From NCBI GenBank assembly GCA_016717115.1, contig JADKGE010000003.1, forward strand, positions 306,337 through 370,336: a stretch of DNA of 64,000 nucleotides. The letters are read 5' to 3'. Each line of letters opens with the position of its first letter. Position 1 is the stretch's first letter. This DNA is from Actinomycetota bacterium (lineage in GTDB: Bacteria > Actinomycetota > Actinomycetes > S36-B12). Under the pieces are notes generated by a model. That model had not been told where the DNA came from, did no database searches, and worked only from the letters and a program-made list of their open reading frames with translations. Position numbers and translations under genes: made by a program. This document shows positions 1 to 8,229 of this stretch, piece by piece.

Positions 1-182
1 AGGATCACCAAGACGACGCGGACGATGACCGGGTCGATGCCGAGCCATCGGGCCACGCCGCCGGCGACGCCGGCCAGCACGCGGTCGGTGCGAACGCGGC
101 GCAGCGGCGGCCGGGGTTCGATGGGGGTAGTGGGTGGTGGCGCGTAAGAGGCGCCGGGGACGGGACCGGTGTTCTGTGTCAT
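1..182 (-). CDS. PspC domain-containing membrane protein, N-terminal part only (gene runs off the left edge)
   Basis: Reverse complement from ATG at 182 reads MTQNTGPVPGASYAPPPTTPIEPRPPLRRVRTDRVLAGVAGGVARWLGIDPVIVRVVLVIL. The R-x-LAGV-x-GG-x-A-x-WLGIDP-x-x-VR pattern is the PspC N-terminal domain. The gene is divergent from a PspC-type kinase and is absent from the ORF track because it is truncated. Confidence 0.6.
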   Translation of the reverse strand, partial: MTQNTGPVPGASYAPPPTTPIEPRPPLRRVRTDRVLAGVAGGVARWLGIDPVIVRVVLVI

Positions 183-276
183 GCCTCCACCCTCCACGCC
201 CCGAGGATGCCGCACATCGGGGATCAACCCCATTCGACCCTGATCTTTCCCCCGAGAAGATCAGGGGGTCACCCTG

Positions 277-1548
277 ATGCGTGAGCGGCGTGAAAGCGGG
301 GATGATCGGGGCGTGAGCATCGCCACCGCCCCGCCCCGGGCGACTCGGCCCACCCGCGGACGGATGGTGGCGGGAGTCGCCCGGGGCCTGGCCGACCACC
401 TGCACCTGCCTGTGTGGCTGGTGCGCGTCGCCTTCGTGGTGATGGCCCTGGCGGGCGGCATGGGCATCGTGATGTACGCCGCGTTCTGGGCGGTGCTGCC
501 CTTGGCCCCCGACGCCGCCGGCGACGCGACCAGCGAGGCAGATGTCGCTCGTGCGCGTTCGTCGGACTTCACCCGCCTTCTGGCGCTCGCCGGCGTCGTC
601 ATCGGCGTGGCGCTGCTCCTCGCCGCGATGGGCGTCAGCGCGATCGGTGGGGCGGTCGTCCCGATCGTCATCGCCCTGGTGGGCGCCGCACTCGTCTGGC
701 AGCAGGCCGACGACGACCAGCGGTCCACCTGGTCGGCGACCGCCGCACGGGCGGCCCGCGAGACCGCCGGTACCACGGCCCAGGCCGGCCGATGGCGCAT
801 CGTCGTCGGGATCGGCCTCGTGGTGCTCGGACTCATCGGCCTTCTGGTCAGCCGCACCGGGCCCGCGGCCGCGGTGCAGGCACTGGCCACCGCCCTCCTC
901 CTGCTGGCGGGCATCGGCCTGGTCGTGTTCCCGTGGGCCTACCGGCGGTGGCGCGAGCAGCAGGACCAGCGTCGGGCCCTGATCCGATCGGAGGAACGTG
1001 CGGAGATCGCCGCCCACGTCCACGACTCCGTGCTGCAGACCCTCACGCTCATCCAGCGCAATGCCGCGGACCCGCGGGAGGTGGCCCGGCTGGCGCGCAC
1101 CGAGGAGCGGGCCCTGCGATCGTGGCTGTACGCGCCCGAGGGGGATCCGTCGCGCACCTTCGCGGCCCGGCTCCTTCGCGATGCCGCCGAGGTCGAGGCC
1201 GCCTACTCGGCCACGCTCGACGTGGTCACCGTCGGCGACGGGACGATCGACGCGACTCTGGGAGCCCTGCTCGCCGCCACCCGTGAGGCCATGGTGAACG
1301 CGGCTCGCCATGGCGGTGGCATCGCCTCGGTCTACGCGGAGGTCGACGACACGTCGGCGGAGGTGTTCGTCCGCGATCGGGGCCCGGGCTTCGATCCCAC
1401 CGCTGTCCCGGCGGACCGGCACGGGCTGCGCGATTCTGTCATCGGGCGCATGGAGCGCAACGGCGGCACGGTCGTGGTGGCCAGTACGGTCGGGAGCGGC
1501 ACGGAGATCCGCCTGCGGATCGCCCGGCCCATGGAGGGAGGCGCGTGA
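277..1548 (+). CDS. PspC-domain sensor histidine kinase (HisKA_3 / NarL-type partner)
   Basis: 423-aa ORF. N-terminal PspC motif GRMVAGVARGLADHLHLPVWLVRVAFVV, several hydrophobic spans, H-box EERAEIAAHVHDSVLQTL, and ATPase boxes NAARHGG, DRGPGF and GSGTEI. The start could be an internal GTG. Confidence 0.85.
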   Translation: MRERRESGDDRGVSIATAPPRATRPTRGRMVAGVARGLADHLHLPVWLVRVAFVVMALAGGMGIVMYAAFWAVLPLAPDAAGDATSEADVARARSSDFTRLLALAGVVIGVALLLAAMGVSAIGGAVVPIVIALVGAALVWQQADDDQRSTWSATAARAARETAGTTAQAGRWRIVVGIGLVVLGLIGLLVSRTGPAAAVQALATALLLLAGIGLVVFPWAYRRWREQQDQRRALIRSEERAEIAAHVHDSVLQTLTLIQRNAADPREVARLARTEERALRSWLYAPEGDPSRTFAARLLRDAAEVEAAYSATLDVVTVGDGTIDATLGALLAATREAMVNAARHGGGIASVYAEVDDTSAEVFVRDRGPGFDPTAVPADRHGLRDSVIGRMERNGGTVVVASTVGSGTEIRLRIARPMEGGA

Positions 1549-2186
1549 CCATGCAACGGCTGACGGTGGTGCTGGTCGACGACCACGCCATGGTGCGGTC
1601 GGGCGTGCGCGCGGAACTCGGCGACGCCGTGGAGATCGTCGGCGAGGCGGGTGACGTCGACGAGGCCGTTCGGGTGATCCTGGCCACGAAACCCGACGTC
1701 GTCCTCCTTGACGTCCACCTGCCGGGCGGCGACGGGCGCTCCGTCCTCGACGCCTGCGTCGATCAGGTCCCGAACACCCGATTCCTCGCCCTCTCGGTGA
1801 GCGATGCCCCGGAGGACGTCGTCGCCGTCGTGCGTGGTGGGGCCCGCGGCTACGTGACCAAGACCATCTCGGGTCCCGAGCTGCTCGACTCGGTGCGGCG
1901 CATCGCCGATGGCGATGCGGTCTTCTCGCCGCGACTGGCGGGGTTCGTCCTCGACGCCTTCACGGGCGGCGTGGCCGAGAGCGACGACGAGCTCGACCGG
2001 CTCACACCGCGAGAGCGCGAGGTCATGCGCCTCATCGCCCGCGGGTACACCTACCGCGAGGTCGCGGCCGAACTCGTCCTGTCGATCAAGACGGTCGAGA
2101 CCCATGTCTCGGCCGTGCTGCGCAAGCTCCAGTTATCGGACCGCCACGAGCTGACCCGCTGGGCGTCGGCGCGGCGGATCATCTGA
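1545..2186 (+). CDS. LuxR/NarL-family response regulator
   Basis: Receiver domain VVLVDDHAMVRSGVRAEL...VVLLDVHLPGGDG. C-terminal LuxR HTH LTPREREVMRLIARGYTYREVAAELVLSIKTVETHVSAVLRKL. GTGA start/stop overlap with the kinase. Confidence 0.9.
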   Translation: MTMQRLTVVLVDDHAMVRSGVRAELGDAVEIVGEAGDVDEAVRVILATKPDVVLLDVHLPGGDGRSVLDACVDQVPNTRFLALSVSDAPEDVVAVVRGGARGYVTKTISGPELLDSVRRIADGDAVFSPRLAGFVLDAFTGGVAESDDELDRLTPREREVMRLIARGYTYREVAAELVLSIKTVETHVSAVLRKLQLSDRHELTRWASARRII

Positions 2187-2310
2187 GCACCGCGGGCGAT
2201 GAGGGTGGGGCCGGCTCTCGATCCGCGCTGGATCGGGAAGCCCCGCCAGCGGTCCGCGATAATGCGAATGCCAACGACGAGGCGCGACGCGGGAAGGGAT
2301 GGTCCGTCAC

Positions 2311-3285
2311 ATGCGGGCTGCGACATACGAGAGCACGGGAGCGGCCGCCGACGTCCTGCGGGTACGAGACGTCGATCGTCCCGTGCCCGGACCCGGCCAG
2401 GTGCTAGTGCGCGTCGCGGTCTCGGCGATCAACCCCACGGACCTCAAGATCCGAAGTGGTGCGACACCCCGGGACATCGACGTGTTCCAGGTGCCGCACA
2501 TGGACGGAGCCGGCCTGGTCGAGGCCGTGGGGGAGGGTGTCGACGAGGCGCGCATCGGCCAGCGGGTCTGGCTCACCCTCGCCGCAGTCCAGAGCCGGTG
2601 GGGCACCGCCGCGCAGTACTCCGTCGTTCATGCCGACCGTGCGATGCCGTTGCCGGACGGCGCGTCGTTCGATCTCGGCGCGACCGTGGGCATCCCCGCG
2701 GTGACCGCCGCCCACTGCCTGTTCGGCGACGGCCCGATCGGCGGGCGTGACGTCCTCGTGGCCGGTGGGGCGGGCGCAGTCGGTAGGGCGGCCGTCGAGC
2801 TCGCCGCCTGGGCAGGCGCCCGGGTGGCCGCGACCGTGAGCGGACCGGAGAAGGCCCGGATCGCCGCGGACGCGGGCGCCGACCTGGTCGTGAACTACCG
2901 CGAGGCGGACGCCGTCCAGCGACTCCAGGAGTGGACGAACGGCGTCGACCGTGTCGTCGAGGTCGCGCTGGGTCCCAACCTGGACCTCGACCTGTCCGTG
3001 TCACGTCCGGGGACCGTGATCGTGACTTACGCCATCGACGGACCCGACCCGGTCATTCCGGTGCGGCGCTGCATGGTCGCCGGCGTCGCGCTGCGGTTCG
3101 TGCTGTTGTACACCGTCCCGCTCGAGGACTTCGCCGCTGCGGTCCGGATCGTGAACCAGGCGCTGTCCGCCGGCGCCCTCACTCTGCCGGCGATCACGCG
3201 CTTCCCGCTCGACCAGGTCGCGGCGGCGCACCAGGCTCAGGAATCCGGGGCCGTGGGCAGGGTGCTGGTCGACATCCCCGACTGA
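2311..3285 (+). CDS. NADPH:quinone oxidoreductase / zinc-type alcohol dehydrogenase superfamily (MDR)
   Basis: MRAATYESTGAAADVLRVRDVDRPVPGPGQVLVRVAVSAINPTD and nucleotide motif VLVAGGAGAVGRAAVELA. Start set at ATG 2311, which has GGAAGGG about 13 nt upstream. The track ORF starts at 2299. Confidence 0.8.
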   Translation: MRAATYESTGAAADVLRVRDVDRPVPGPGQVLVRVAVSAINPTDLKIRSGATPRDIDVFQVPHMDGAGLVEAVGEGVDEARIGQRVWLTLAAVQSRWGTAAQYSVVHADRAMPLPDGASFDLGATVGIPAVTAAHCLFGDGPIGGRDVLVAGGAGAVGRAAVELAAWAGARVAATVSGPEKARIAADAGADLVVNYREADAVQRLQEWTNGVDRVVEVALGPNLDLDLSVSRPGTVIVTYAIDGPDPVIPVRRCMVAGVALRFVLLYTVPLEDFAAAVRIVNQALSAGALTLPAITRFPLDQVAAAHQAQESGAVGRVLVDIPD

Positions 3286-3369
3286 CGCCGGCGCCGCTCC
3301 ACCAGCGCCTTTCCCCCCGCGACGGGCGTTCGCGCGTCCTCACCCGCGCCGACCGAATACCCTGCCGCC

Positions 3370-3870
3370 ATGAAGGTCGCGACCGTTGGCGGAGTTGTCC
3401 GGTCCTACCGGAGAGCCTCCGGCATCAGCCAGAAGGATCTCGCCTCGATGGTGGGCATCTCCCGGGCCACCCTGAACTACCTCGAGAGCGGCCGCGACAT
3501 CGAGATCGGTGCCGGCAAGTTGCTGGCCCTCCTCGACGTCCTTGGCGTCCCCTTCGCCATCCCCGGTGAGGTGGACCACAAGCACGACGATGCCACGTTG
3601 AACAAGGCGATCAAGGGGATCACCGGCAAAGGCGGCAAGAAGCTGCCTCGCAAGGTTCTCGTCGAGGCACTGACCACCGGACGACTGCCGATCGGTTACG
3701 AATCCCAGATCGAGCAGCTGCTGGACACGGCTCCGGAGGCGTCGATCCTGGCGGTGGTCCGCGCCGTTTCCGCCTCGTCGAGCGTCTCGCCGATGGCCGT
3801 CTGGAAGAACGGGCGCAGCCTCGCGAAGGCCGTCGGATCGACGAGGAAGGGATGGATCCAGACCGGGTGA
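3370..3870 (+). CDS. XRE-family helix-turn-helix transcriptional regulator with an unassigned C-terminal domain
   Basis: N-terminal HTH_3-like segment VRSYRRASGISQKDLASMVGISRATLNYLESGRD. About 100 further residues have no motif I recognise. GC looks lower than in neighbouring genes. Confidence 0.7.
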   Translation: MKVATVGGVVRSYRRASGISQKDLASMVGISRATLNYLESGRDIEIGAGKLLALLDVLGVPFAIPGEVDHKHDDATLNKAIKGITGKGGKKLPRKVLVEALTTGRLPIGYESQIEQLLDTAPEASILAVVRAVSASSSVSPMAVWKNGRSLAKAVGSTRKGWIQTG

Positions 3871-3880
3871 TGTGAGACAT

Positions 3881-3911
3881 ACTTGACGTCTTTCTGAGAC
3901 ACGTGTCAAGT
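3881..3911 (+). terminator. Hairpin / inverted repeat just after the XRE gene stop (possible terminator and/or operator)
   Basis: ACTTGAC-GTCT-ttctg-AGAC-acgt-GTCAAGT, followed by gtatttgatatt. It lies 11 nt after the stop codon at 3868-3870 and directly upstream of a candidate promoter. Confidence 0.35.
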
Positions 3912-3915
3912 GTAT

Positions 3916-3944
3916 TTGATATTGGCGGCCATCCGACGTATCGT
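3916..3944 (+). promoter_or_regulatory. Candidate sigma-70-type promoter in the low-GC island
   Basis: TTGATA (3916-3921), a 17-nt spacer, then TATCGT (3939-3944, fits TANNNT). An ATG at 3951 lies 7 nt downstream, the geometry expected for a leaderless transcript. Confidence 0.3.
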
Positions 3945-3950
3945 GGACGC

Positions 3951-4213
3951 ATGATCAAGTCAGGAATGCACACCATCGTCAGTGGTATTTCACGGTTCTT
4001 GGACCTCATGCCGGAGCCCTTGGTGCTTCGCGCAATGACCGTCCAGGAGCCCTCCAGCCGCGCCGGCCGTTAGGGGCAGGGCGAAACTCGGGAAGGCAAT
4101 TTTCCGGGGGGTGGTGACGCGGGGCCACGTTTGCCGCTATTGTTAGCGTCAGCAAGGCCACATCATCACCGCAGTTCGAAGATGCCCGCCTGTGAAGGCG
4201 GGCTTCGTCCTTT
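3951..4213 (+). ncRNA. Candidate small transcript (sRNA or leaderless mRNA for a 40-codon sORF at 3951-4073)
   Basis: Bounded by the candidate promoter and by the hairpin GCCCGCC-tgtgaa-GGCGGGC (4184-4203) plus its tail ttcgtccttt. The sORF would read MIKSGMHTIVSGISRFLDLMPEPLVLRAMTVQEPSSRAGR. No family recognised. Confidence 0.2.
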
Positions 4214-4309
4214 CTGAGCACGTTTGCAGATGCGAGAACGACGGGTTGACTGGGTCGGCTGTGCCGGGCATCCGTCCGACACCCGCGTTACGCAAGGAGA
4301 ATTTGCATC

Positions 4310-4513
4310 ATGGCTCAGGGAACCGTCAAGTGGTTCAACGCCGAAAAGGGTTTCGGCTTCATCGCTCAGGCTGATGGTGGTCCGGACGTGTTCGTCCACT
4401 ACTCGGCGATCGACTCGAGCGGCTACCGCTCGCTGGACGAGAACCAGGCCGTTGAGTACGACATCACGCAGGGCCCGAAGGGCCCGCAGGCCGAGAAGGT
4501 CCGCGTTATCTAG
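4310..4513 (+). CDS. cspA: Cold-shock protein (CspA family)
   Basis: [34 protein letters not shown] contains the RNP1 (KGFGFI) and RNP2 (VFVHY) motifs. 67 aa. RBS AAGGAGA upstream. Confidence 0.97.
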   Translation: MAQGTVKWFNAEKGFGFIAQADGGPDVFVHYSAIDSSGYRSLDENQAVEYDITQGPKGPQAEKVRVI

Positions 4514-4523
4514 TCAGGCCGTC

Positions 4524-4567
4524 GAAGCCTGGGGAACCGTGCCGCAAGGCGCGGGACCCCAGGCTTC
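4524..4567. terminator. Bidirectional hairpin terminator between convergent cspA and ltrA-like genes
   Basis: GAAGCCTGGGG-aa-CCGTGCC-gcaa-GGCGCGG-ga-CCCCAGGCTTC. An 11-bp outer stem, a 7-bp inner stem and a GNRA-like loop. It occupies almost the whole gap between the two stop codons. Confidence 0.65.
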
Positions 4568-4568
4568 T

Positions 4569-5696
4569 TCATGTCCCCGATCGGACGGGTGAGCTCTGCT
4601 TGTCGGTCCACACGGCGAGGACGGCATTGCCGATGACCACCGCGGCGCACACGCCAACCACGATGAGCACCTCCTCCTCGCCCCCCCGTGGCAGGACCAG
4701 TCCGACGGCCAGGATGACGACTCCGGAGGCGGCCTCGACCCAGCCGGCCAGGCCCAGTCGACCCTTCGTCGAGTAGCGAAGCAGCGCGAAGGAGACCAGG
4801 ACGGTGGCCACGCAGGCTACGAAGTACGTCAGCGCCCCCTCGCCGAGCTCGGCGCCCTCCTGCGCGGTGAGGAGGATGAGGATGTCCAGGGTGCCACCGA
4901 TCCCGAAGACCAGGGTCAGGTGCCCGAGCAGCGTCAGTCGCCAGCGCACGAGGGCGAGATCGGTGTCCTGCGCGAACGTGCCATCGAAGTAGATCCACCA
5001 CAGGGCGAAGGTCAGGAGGAACATCAGCGCGAACAGGTCACTGCGCGGGATGGATCCCGTCGCGTGCAGGGTCGTGACCAGTTGTGCGAAACCCTCGCCC
5101 AGGATGATGAGCACGAACAGGCCGAGGCGCTCGCGGAGGTGATCGAGCCGCAGTTGCGATCGTTGCTGCCATGCCGCGTACTCGCGCACGAGGATGGGGA
5201 CCATGCTCACGGCGACGGCCGCGAGGAGGAAGCCGATCGATCGGATGTTGTCGGCGAATGCTCCGATCCAGCAGATGACGGCCGCCAGGCCGATCGGGAC
5301 GACGGCCCCGAGCCGGACCGGTGTCCGCGTCGTGTGCGCCCCCCGCAGGATCAGGAGCGCCAGCAGGGCGAGCGCCACGCCGTAGGCCACGAGCCCGGCG
5401 CGGCCGCTGACACCATGCTCCTGGTCGACCGCCAGCGCGGCCACGATGACCGCAGCCATCTGAACCACAAGCACGAGGCGGCGCAGGGTGTCCTGGCCGG
5501 GAAAGACATTGTTGTACAGAGTCGTGAGGAACCACACCCACGCCAGGGCCGTCATGCAGGCCACCGCCAGCAGGGCACTGGTGAACGACGGCTGACGGAG
5601 GAAGAAGTCATTGGTCAGGCTCACCGCCGCGACGACGACAAGGTCGTAGAAGAGCTCGAACCAGCTCACGGTCGGGGTGTGGGCCTGCCTCACCAC
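4569..5696 (-). CDS. Low temperature requirement protein A (LtrA) family membrane protein
   Basis: 375 aa, polytopic. N-terminal signature VSWFELFYDLVVVAAVSL is typical of the LtrA family. Confidence 0.75.
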   Translation of the reverse strand: MVRQAHTPTVSWFELFYDLVVVAAVSLTNDFFLRQPSFTSALLAVACMTALAWVWFLTTLYNNVFPGQDTLRRLVLVVQMAAVIVAALAVDQEHGVSGRAGLVAYGVALALLALLILRGAHTTRTPVRLGAVVPIGLAAVICWIGAFADNIRSIGFLLAAVAVSMVPILVREYAAWQQRSQLRLDHLRERLGLFVLIILGEGFAQLVTTLHATGSIPRSDLFALMFLLTFALWWIYFDGTFAQDTDLALVRWRLTLLGHLTLVFGIGGTLDILILLTAQEGAELGEGALTYFVACVATVLVSFALLRYSTKGRLGLAGWVEAASGVVILAVGLVLPRGGEEEVLIVVGVCAAVVIGNAVLAVWTDKQSSPVRSGT

Positions 5697-6697
5697 CGGT
5701 TGACGACCTCCTCGGCCCAGCCGCGGACACCGTCGACGCGCACCTGCCGGCCACTGTCATCGGTCATGGTGCCGGTCCAGGTTCCGAACGCCTGGTGGGT
5801 GGTGTTGGCGACGAGCAGGAGACTGGTTTGGTCGGCTCTGACATGCTCGGGGTGGAAGACGAGGTCGACCCGGTCGCTCTCGGGGGAACGCACGGTCCAG
5901 GGCGCCAGCCACTCGTCGCGGTCGTACCCCCAGGCGAGGTCCTCGCCGATGTAGTGCACGGTGCCGTCGACGCACAGCGCGTTCTCCGTCGAGCCGGTGC
6001 CGTCGGTCCACCGGCCGCCCACCTGGACGCCGACGACCCGTCCGTCCACGAGGCCCGAACCCGAGCCCCAGTTCCAGGTGATCGCGTACGGCCAGCGACC
6101 TCGGCCGTGATCGAGGGTGGCCCAAGCACCGGTCAGGTCCGTCGTCGCGCCGTCGACGGTGATCTGGCCCGTCGCAGGCAGCGTGTTCTCCTTCACGGTG
6201 TGCTGGAAGAGCCGTCGACTCCACGGGACGACCACGGCCAGCGCCTCGTGGCCGCCCGGGCGATGGACGCGGACGTCGGCCTCCACTCGAAGCCCCTTCA
6301 CCCGAAGGTGCATGCCGGAGGTGGTGGGCTTCAGGTGGATCGACAGGTCGCGGGTGCGCACGTGAACGGGTCCGGCGCCGCACGACTCCGGGAGGGCGAC
6401 CCGGCCGAAGGGGGTCAGGGCGTGCTCGGCTATCTCCCCACCATCGGCGTCGCGGTAGTACACGGCGTGGAGCGTGGCGTAGTCGAGGTCGCTCACCGTC
6501 ACCGCGAGCACCGAGGCCGGTGACATGACGGCCCAGTACTCCCAGCGCTTGCTCCGCCCCCGTCCTCGAAGGTTGGCCCTGACCATGGGTCCCCTGGCCC
6601 AGCCCACGGCGTCGGGGTTGAGCCCGCCCAGCGCGTCGCACAGGTCGACGGGAGCGGTCAGCTCCGCGAGGGTCTCGGCCTTGGGTGTCGTGGACAC
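5690..6697 (-). CDS. DUF2804-like protein
   Basis: The C-terminal 335 aa of the 470-aa track ORF are non-repetitive (KRWEYWAVMSP...LDHGRGRWPYAITWNWGSGSG...). Trimmed to GTG 6697 (VSTTPKAETL) because the upstream extension is low-complexity and overlaps the opposite-strand META gene. Family name is from memory. Confidence 0.6.
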   Translation of the reverse strand: MSTTPKAETLAELTAPVDLCDALGGLNPDAVGWARGPMVRANLRGRGRSKRWEYWAVMSPASVLAVTVSDLDYATLHAVYYRDADGGEIAEHALTPFGRVALPESCGAGPVHVRTRDLSIHLKPTTSGMHLRVKGLRVEADVRVHRPGGHEALAVVVPWSRRLFQHTVKENTLPATGQITVDGATTDLTGAWATLDHGRGRWPYAITWNWGSGSGLVDGRVVGVQVGGRWTDGTGSTENALCVDGTVHYIGEDLAWGYDRDEWLAPWTVRSPESDRVDLVFHPEHVRADQTSLLLVANTTHQAFGTWTGTMTDDSGRQVRVDGVRGWAEEVVNRW

Positions 6698-6821
6698 CGG
6701 CCCATTGTCGCGGTCTCGGGCTCCTCTAGCGCTCTTGGCAGCGGTGAGACAGGATGAAAACCACGAGATCACCTCTCTGGATGCCCTCTTGGGGGCCTCC
6801 GACCCGATCTGGGGGCCGCCC

Positions 6822-7292
6822 ATGCGAGTGTCGACCGTTGTCCGCGCCATCGGCGCGCTCGTCCTGGTGACGGTTCTCGGTGCCTGTGGCGGAAGTGCCA
6901 CCAGCGATGCCGGGGCCTCGGCGTCCGTCGCCGCTTCGGCAGTAGGCCCCGTCGGTGGTCCCGGTCTGGTCGACACCCAGTGGAACCTCGTCGCTGCCGC
7001 CATCGACTCCTCGGACCTGTCGGCCTTCGCGATCACGATCGAGTTCACCGACACCGCCGCAACTGGCTTCGGGGGTGTCAACCAGTACTCCGCGTCGTTC
7101 ACGTCGAGCCCCGAGGGCGCGATGGACTTCGGCGAGATCGCGTCGACGATGATGGCCGGACCCGAGGACGCGATGGCGGCGGAACAGGTCTACCTCGAGG
7201 CGCTGCGCACGGTCACGGGCTACACGGTCACCGGTGACCAGCTGGACCTGTTCGTGGACCAACAGCAGTTCCTCACCTACACGGCGAAGTAG
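6822..7292 (+). CDS. META-domain (HslJ-like) lipoprotein
   Basis: MRVSTVVRAIGALVLVTVLGACGG has a signal peptide and lipobox (LGAC). It is followed by the META-like pattern DTQWNLVAA...GFGGVNQYSASF. Trimmed from track ORF 6525. Confidence 0.7.
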   Translation: MRVSTVVRAIGALVLVTVLGACGGSATSDAGASASVAASAVGPVGGPGLVDTQWNLVAAAIDSSDLSAFAITIEFTDTAATGFGGVNQYSASFTSSPEGAMDFGEIASTMMAGPEDAMAAEQVYLEALRTVTGYTVTGDQLDLFVDQQQFLTYTAK

Positions 7293-7293
7293 C

Positions 7294-7317
7294 CCCACGC
7301 CGCTGGGCGGCAGTGGG
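7294..7317. terminator. Hairpin between convergent META and DHPS-paralog genes
   Basis: CCCAC-GCCGC-tgg-GCGGC-a-GTGGG. 10 bp with one bulge, located in a 34-nt convergent gap. Confidence 0.45.
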
Positions 7318-7326
7318 AGGGGCCGC

Positions 7327-8220
7327 CTAGGCGTGCAGCAGCGCCATGGCGTCGAGAACGGCCCGCACGTGCGGGACCTCGTGCGTGCGATACACGCTCG
7401 TGCCGCCGAGATAGGCGAGCGTGGTGAAGAAGCCCTCTGCCGTGCGGAACTGGTCACCGAACAGGTCGAAGGCGTGCGGCATCGCTTGGCAGACGGGCAG
7501 TCCGAGCCGGCGTAGCCGGAACGTGCTGAGCAGGACCCGGGCCTGATGCTGCACCCGCACCGCCGGGTCGACGAGGTTGCCATAGAAGAAGCCCATGCCG
7601 GGGTCGATGACGATGTTGCTCACGCCATGCGCGCGCGCCTTCGCGACGCGCGCCGTGAAGTGGTCCAGCAGCTCGGGCATCGGATCGTCAGACGCGGTCG
7701 CGTCGGTGATCACGCGAACGTTCGCCCCCGCCACGTAGCAGAGGATCACCGTGGCGCCGTACCGGGCGGCGAGGTCGAAGATCTCCTCCTCGTCGGTAGC
7801 GCCCGTGAGGTTGACCACGCGCGCGCCGGCCTTCAAGCAGTCGTGCACGACCGAGGGTGCGTACGACTCGACCGAGATGATCGTGTCCGATGCGGCGAGT
7901 TCCTCGACAACGGGCACCAACGCGTCACTCTGGCTCGACGCGGGCACCCGTTCTGCGGCAGCCGTGCTCGACTCCGCTCCAAGATCGACGATGGCAGCCC
8001 CCTGCGCCGCCATGACGCGAGCCTTTCGGATGGCCGCGCCCGCCGATACCGCGATGCTCTCGCGGTAGGTCGAGTCGCGGGAGAGGTTGACACACCCCAT
8101 GATCACGGGGGACGTGTCCACGTCGAAGAGTCGGTCGCCGACGCACAGCGGTGCGACAGGCAGGTCGAGCTCCTCGCGATGGTCGTGTGCGAGCCCGGCC
8201 AGTGCGGCAAGCGACAGCAT
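7327..8220 (-). CDS. Dihydropteroate synthase paralog (pterin-binding domain protein, FolP2-like)
   Basis: 297 aa with DHPS-like layout: VIMGCVNLSRDSTYRESI, GAAIVDLGAESS, VIDPGMGF, GGTSVYRTHEV. It deviates from the canonical [11 protein letters not shown] loop that is present in the folP at 57054. Confidence 0.7.
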   Translation of the reverse strand: MLSLAALAGLAHDHREELDLPVAPLCVGDRLFDVDTSPVIMGCVNLSRDSTYRESIAVSAGAAIRKARVMAAQGAAIVDLGAESSTAAAERVPASSQSDALVPVVEELAASDTIISVESYAPSVVHDCLKAGARVVNLTGATDEEEIFDLAARYGATVILCYVAGANVRVITDATASDDPMPELLDHFTARVAKARAHGVSNIVIDPGMGFFYGNLVDPAVRVQHQARVLLSTFRLRRLGLPVCQAMPHAFDLFGDQFRTAEGFFTTLAYLGGTSVYRTHEVPHVRAVLDAMALLHA

Positions 8221-8229
8221 CGTTCCAGT

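Noticed and set aside
3951-4073. 40-codon sORF as a confident protein-coding gene
   Set aside because: It has no RBS, no family match, and is very short. It is kept only as part of a candidate small transcript.
5690-7102. Full 470-aa version of the DUF2804-like ORF
   Set aside because: The first 135 codons overlap the opposite-strand META lipoprotein gene and read as low-complexity sequence. The internal GTG 6697 was retained.
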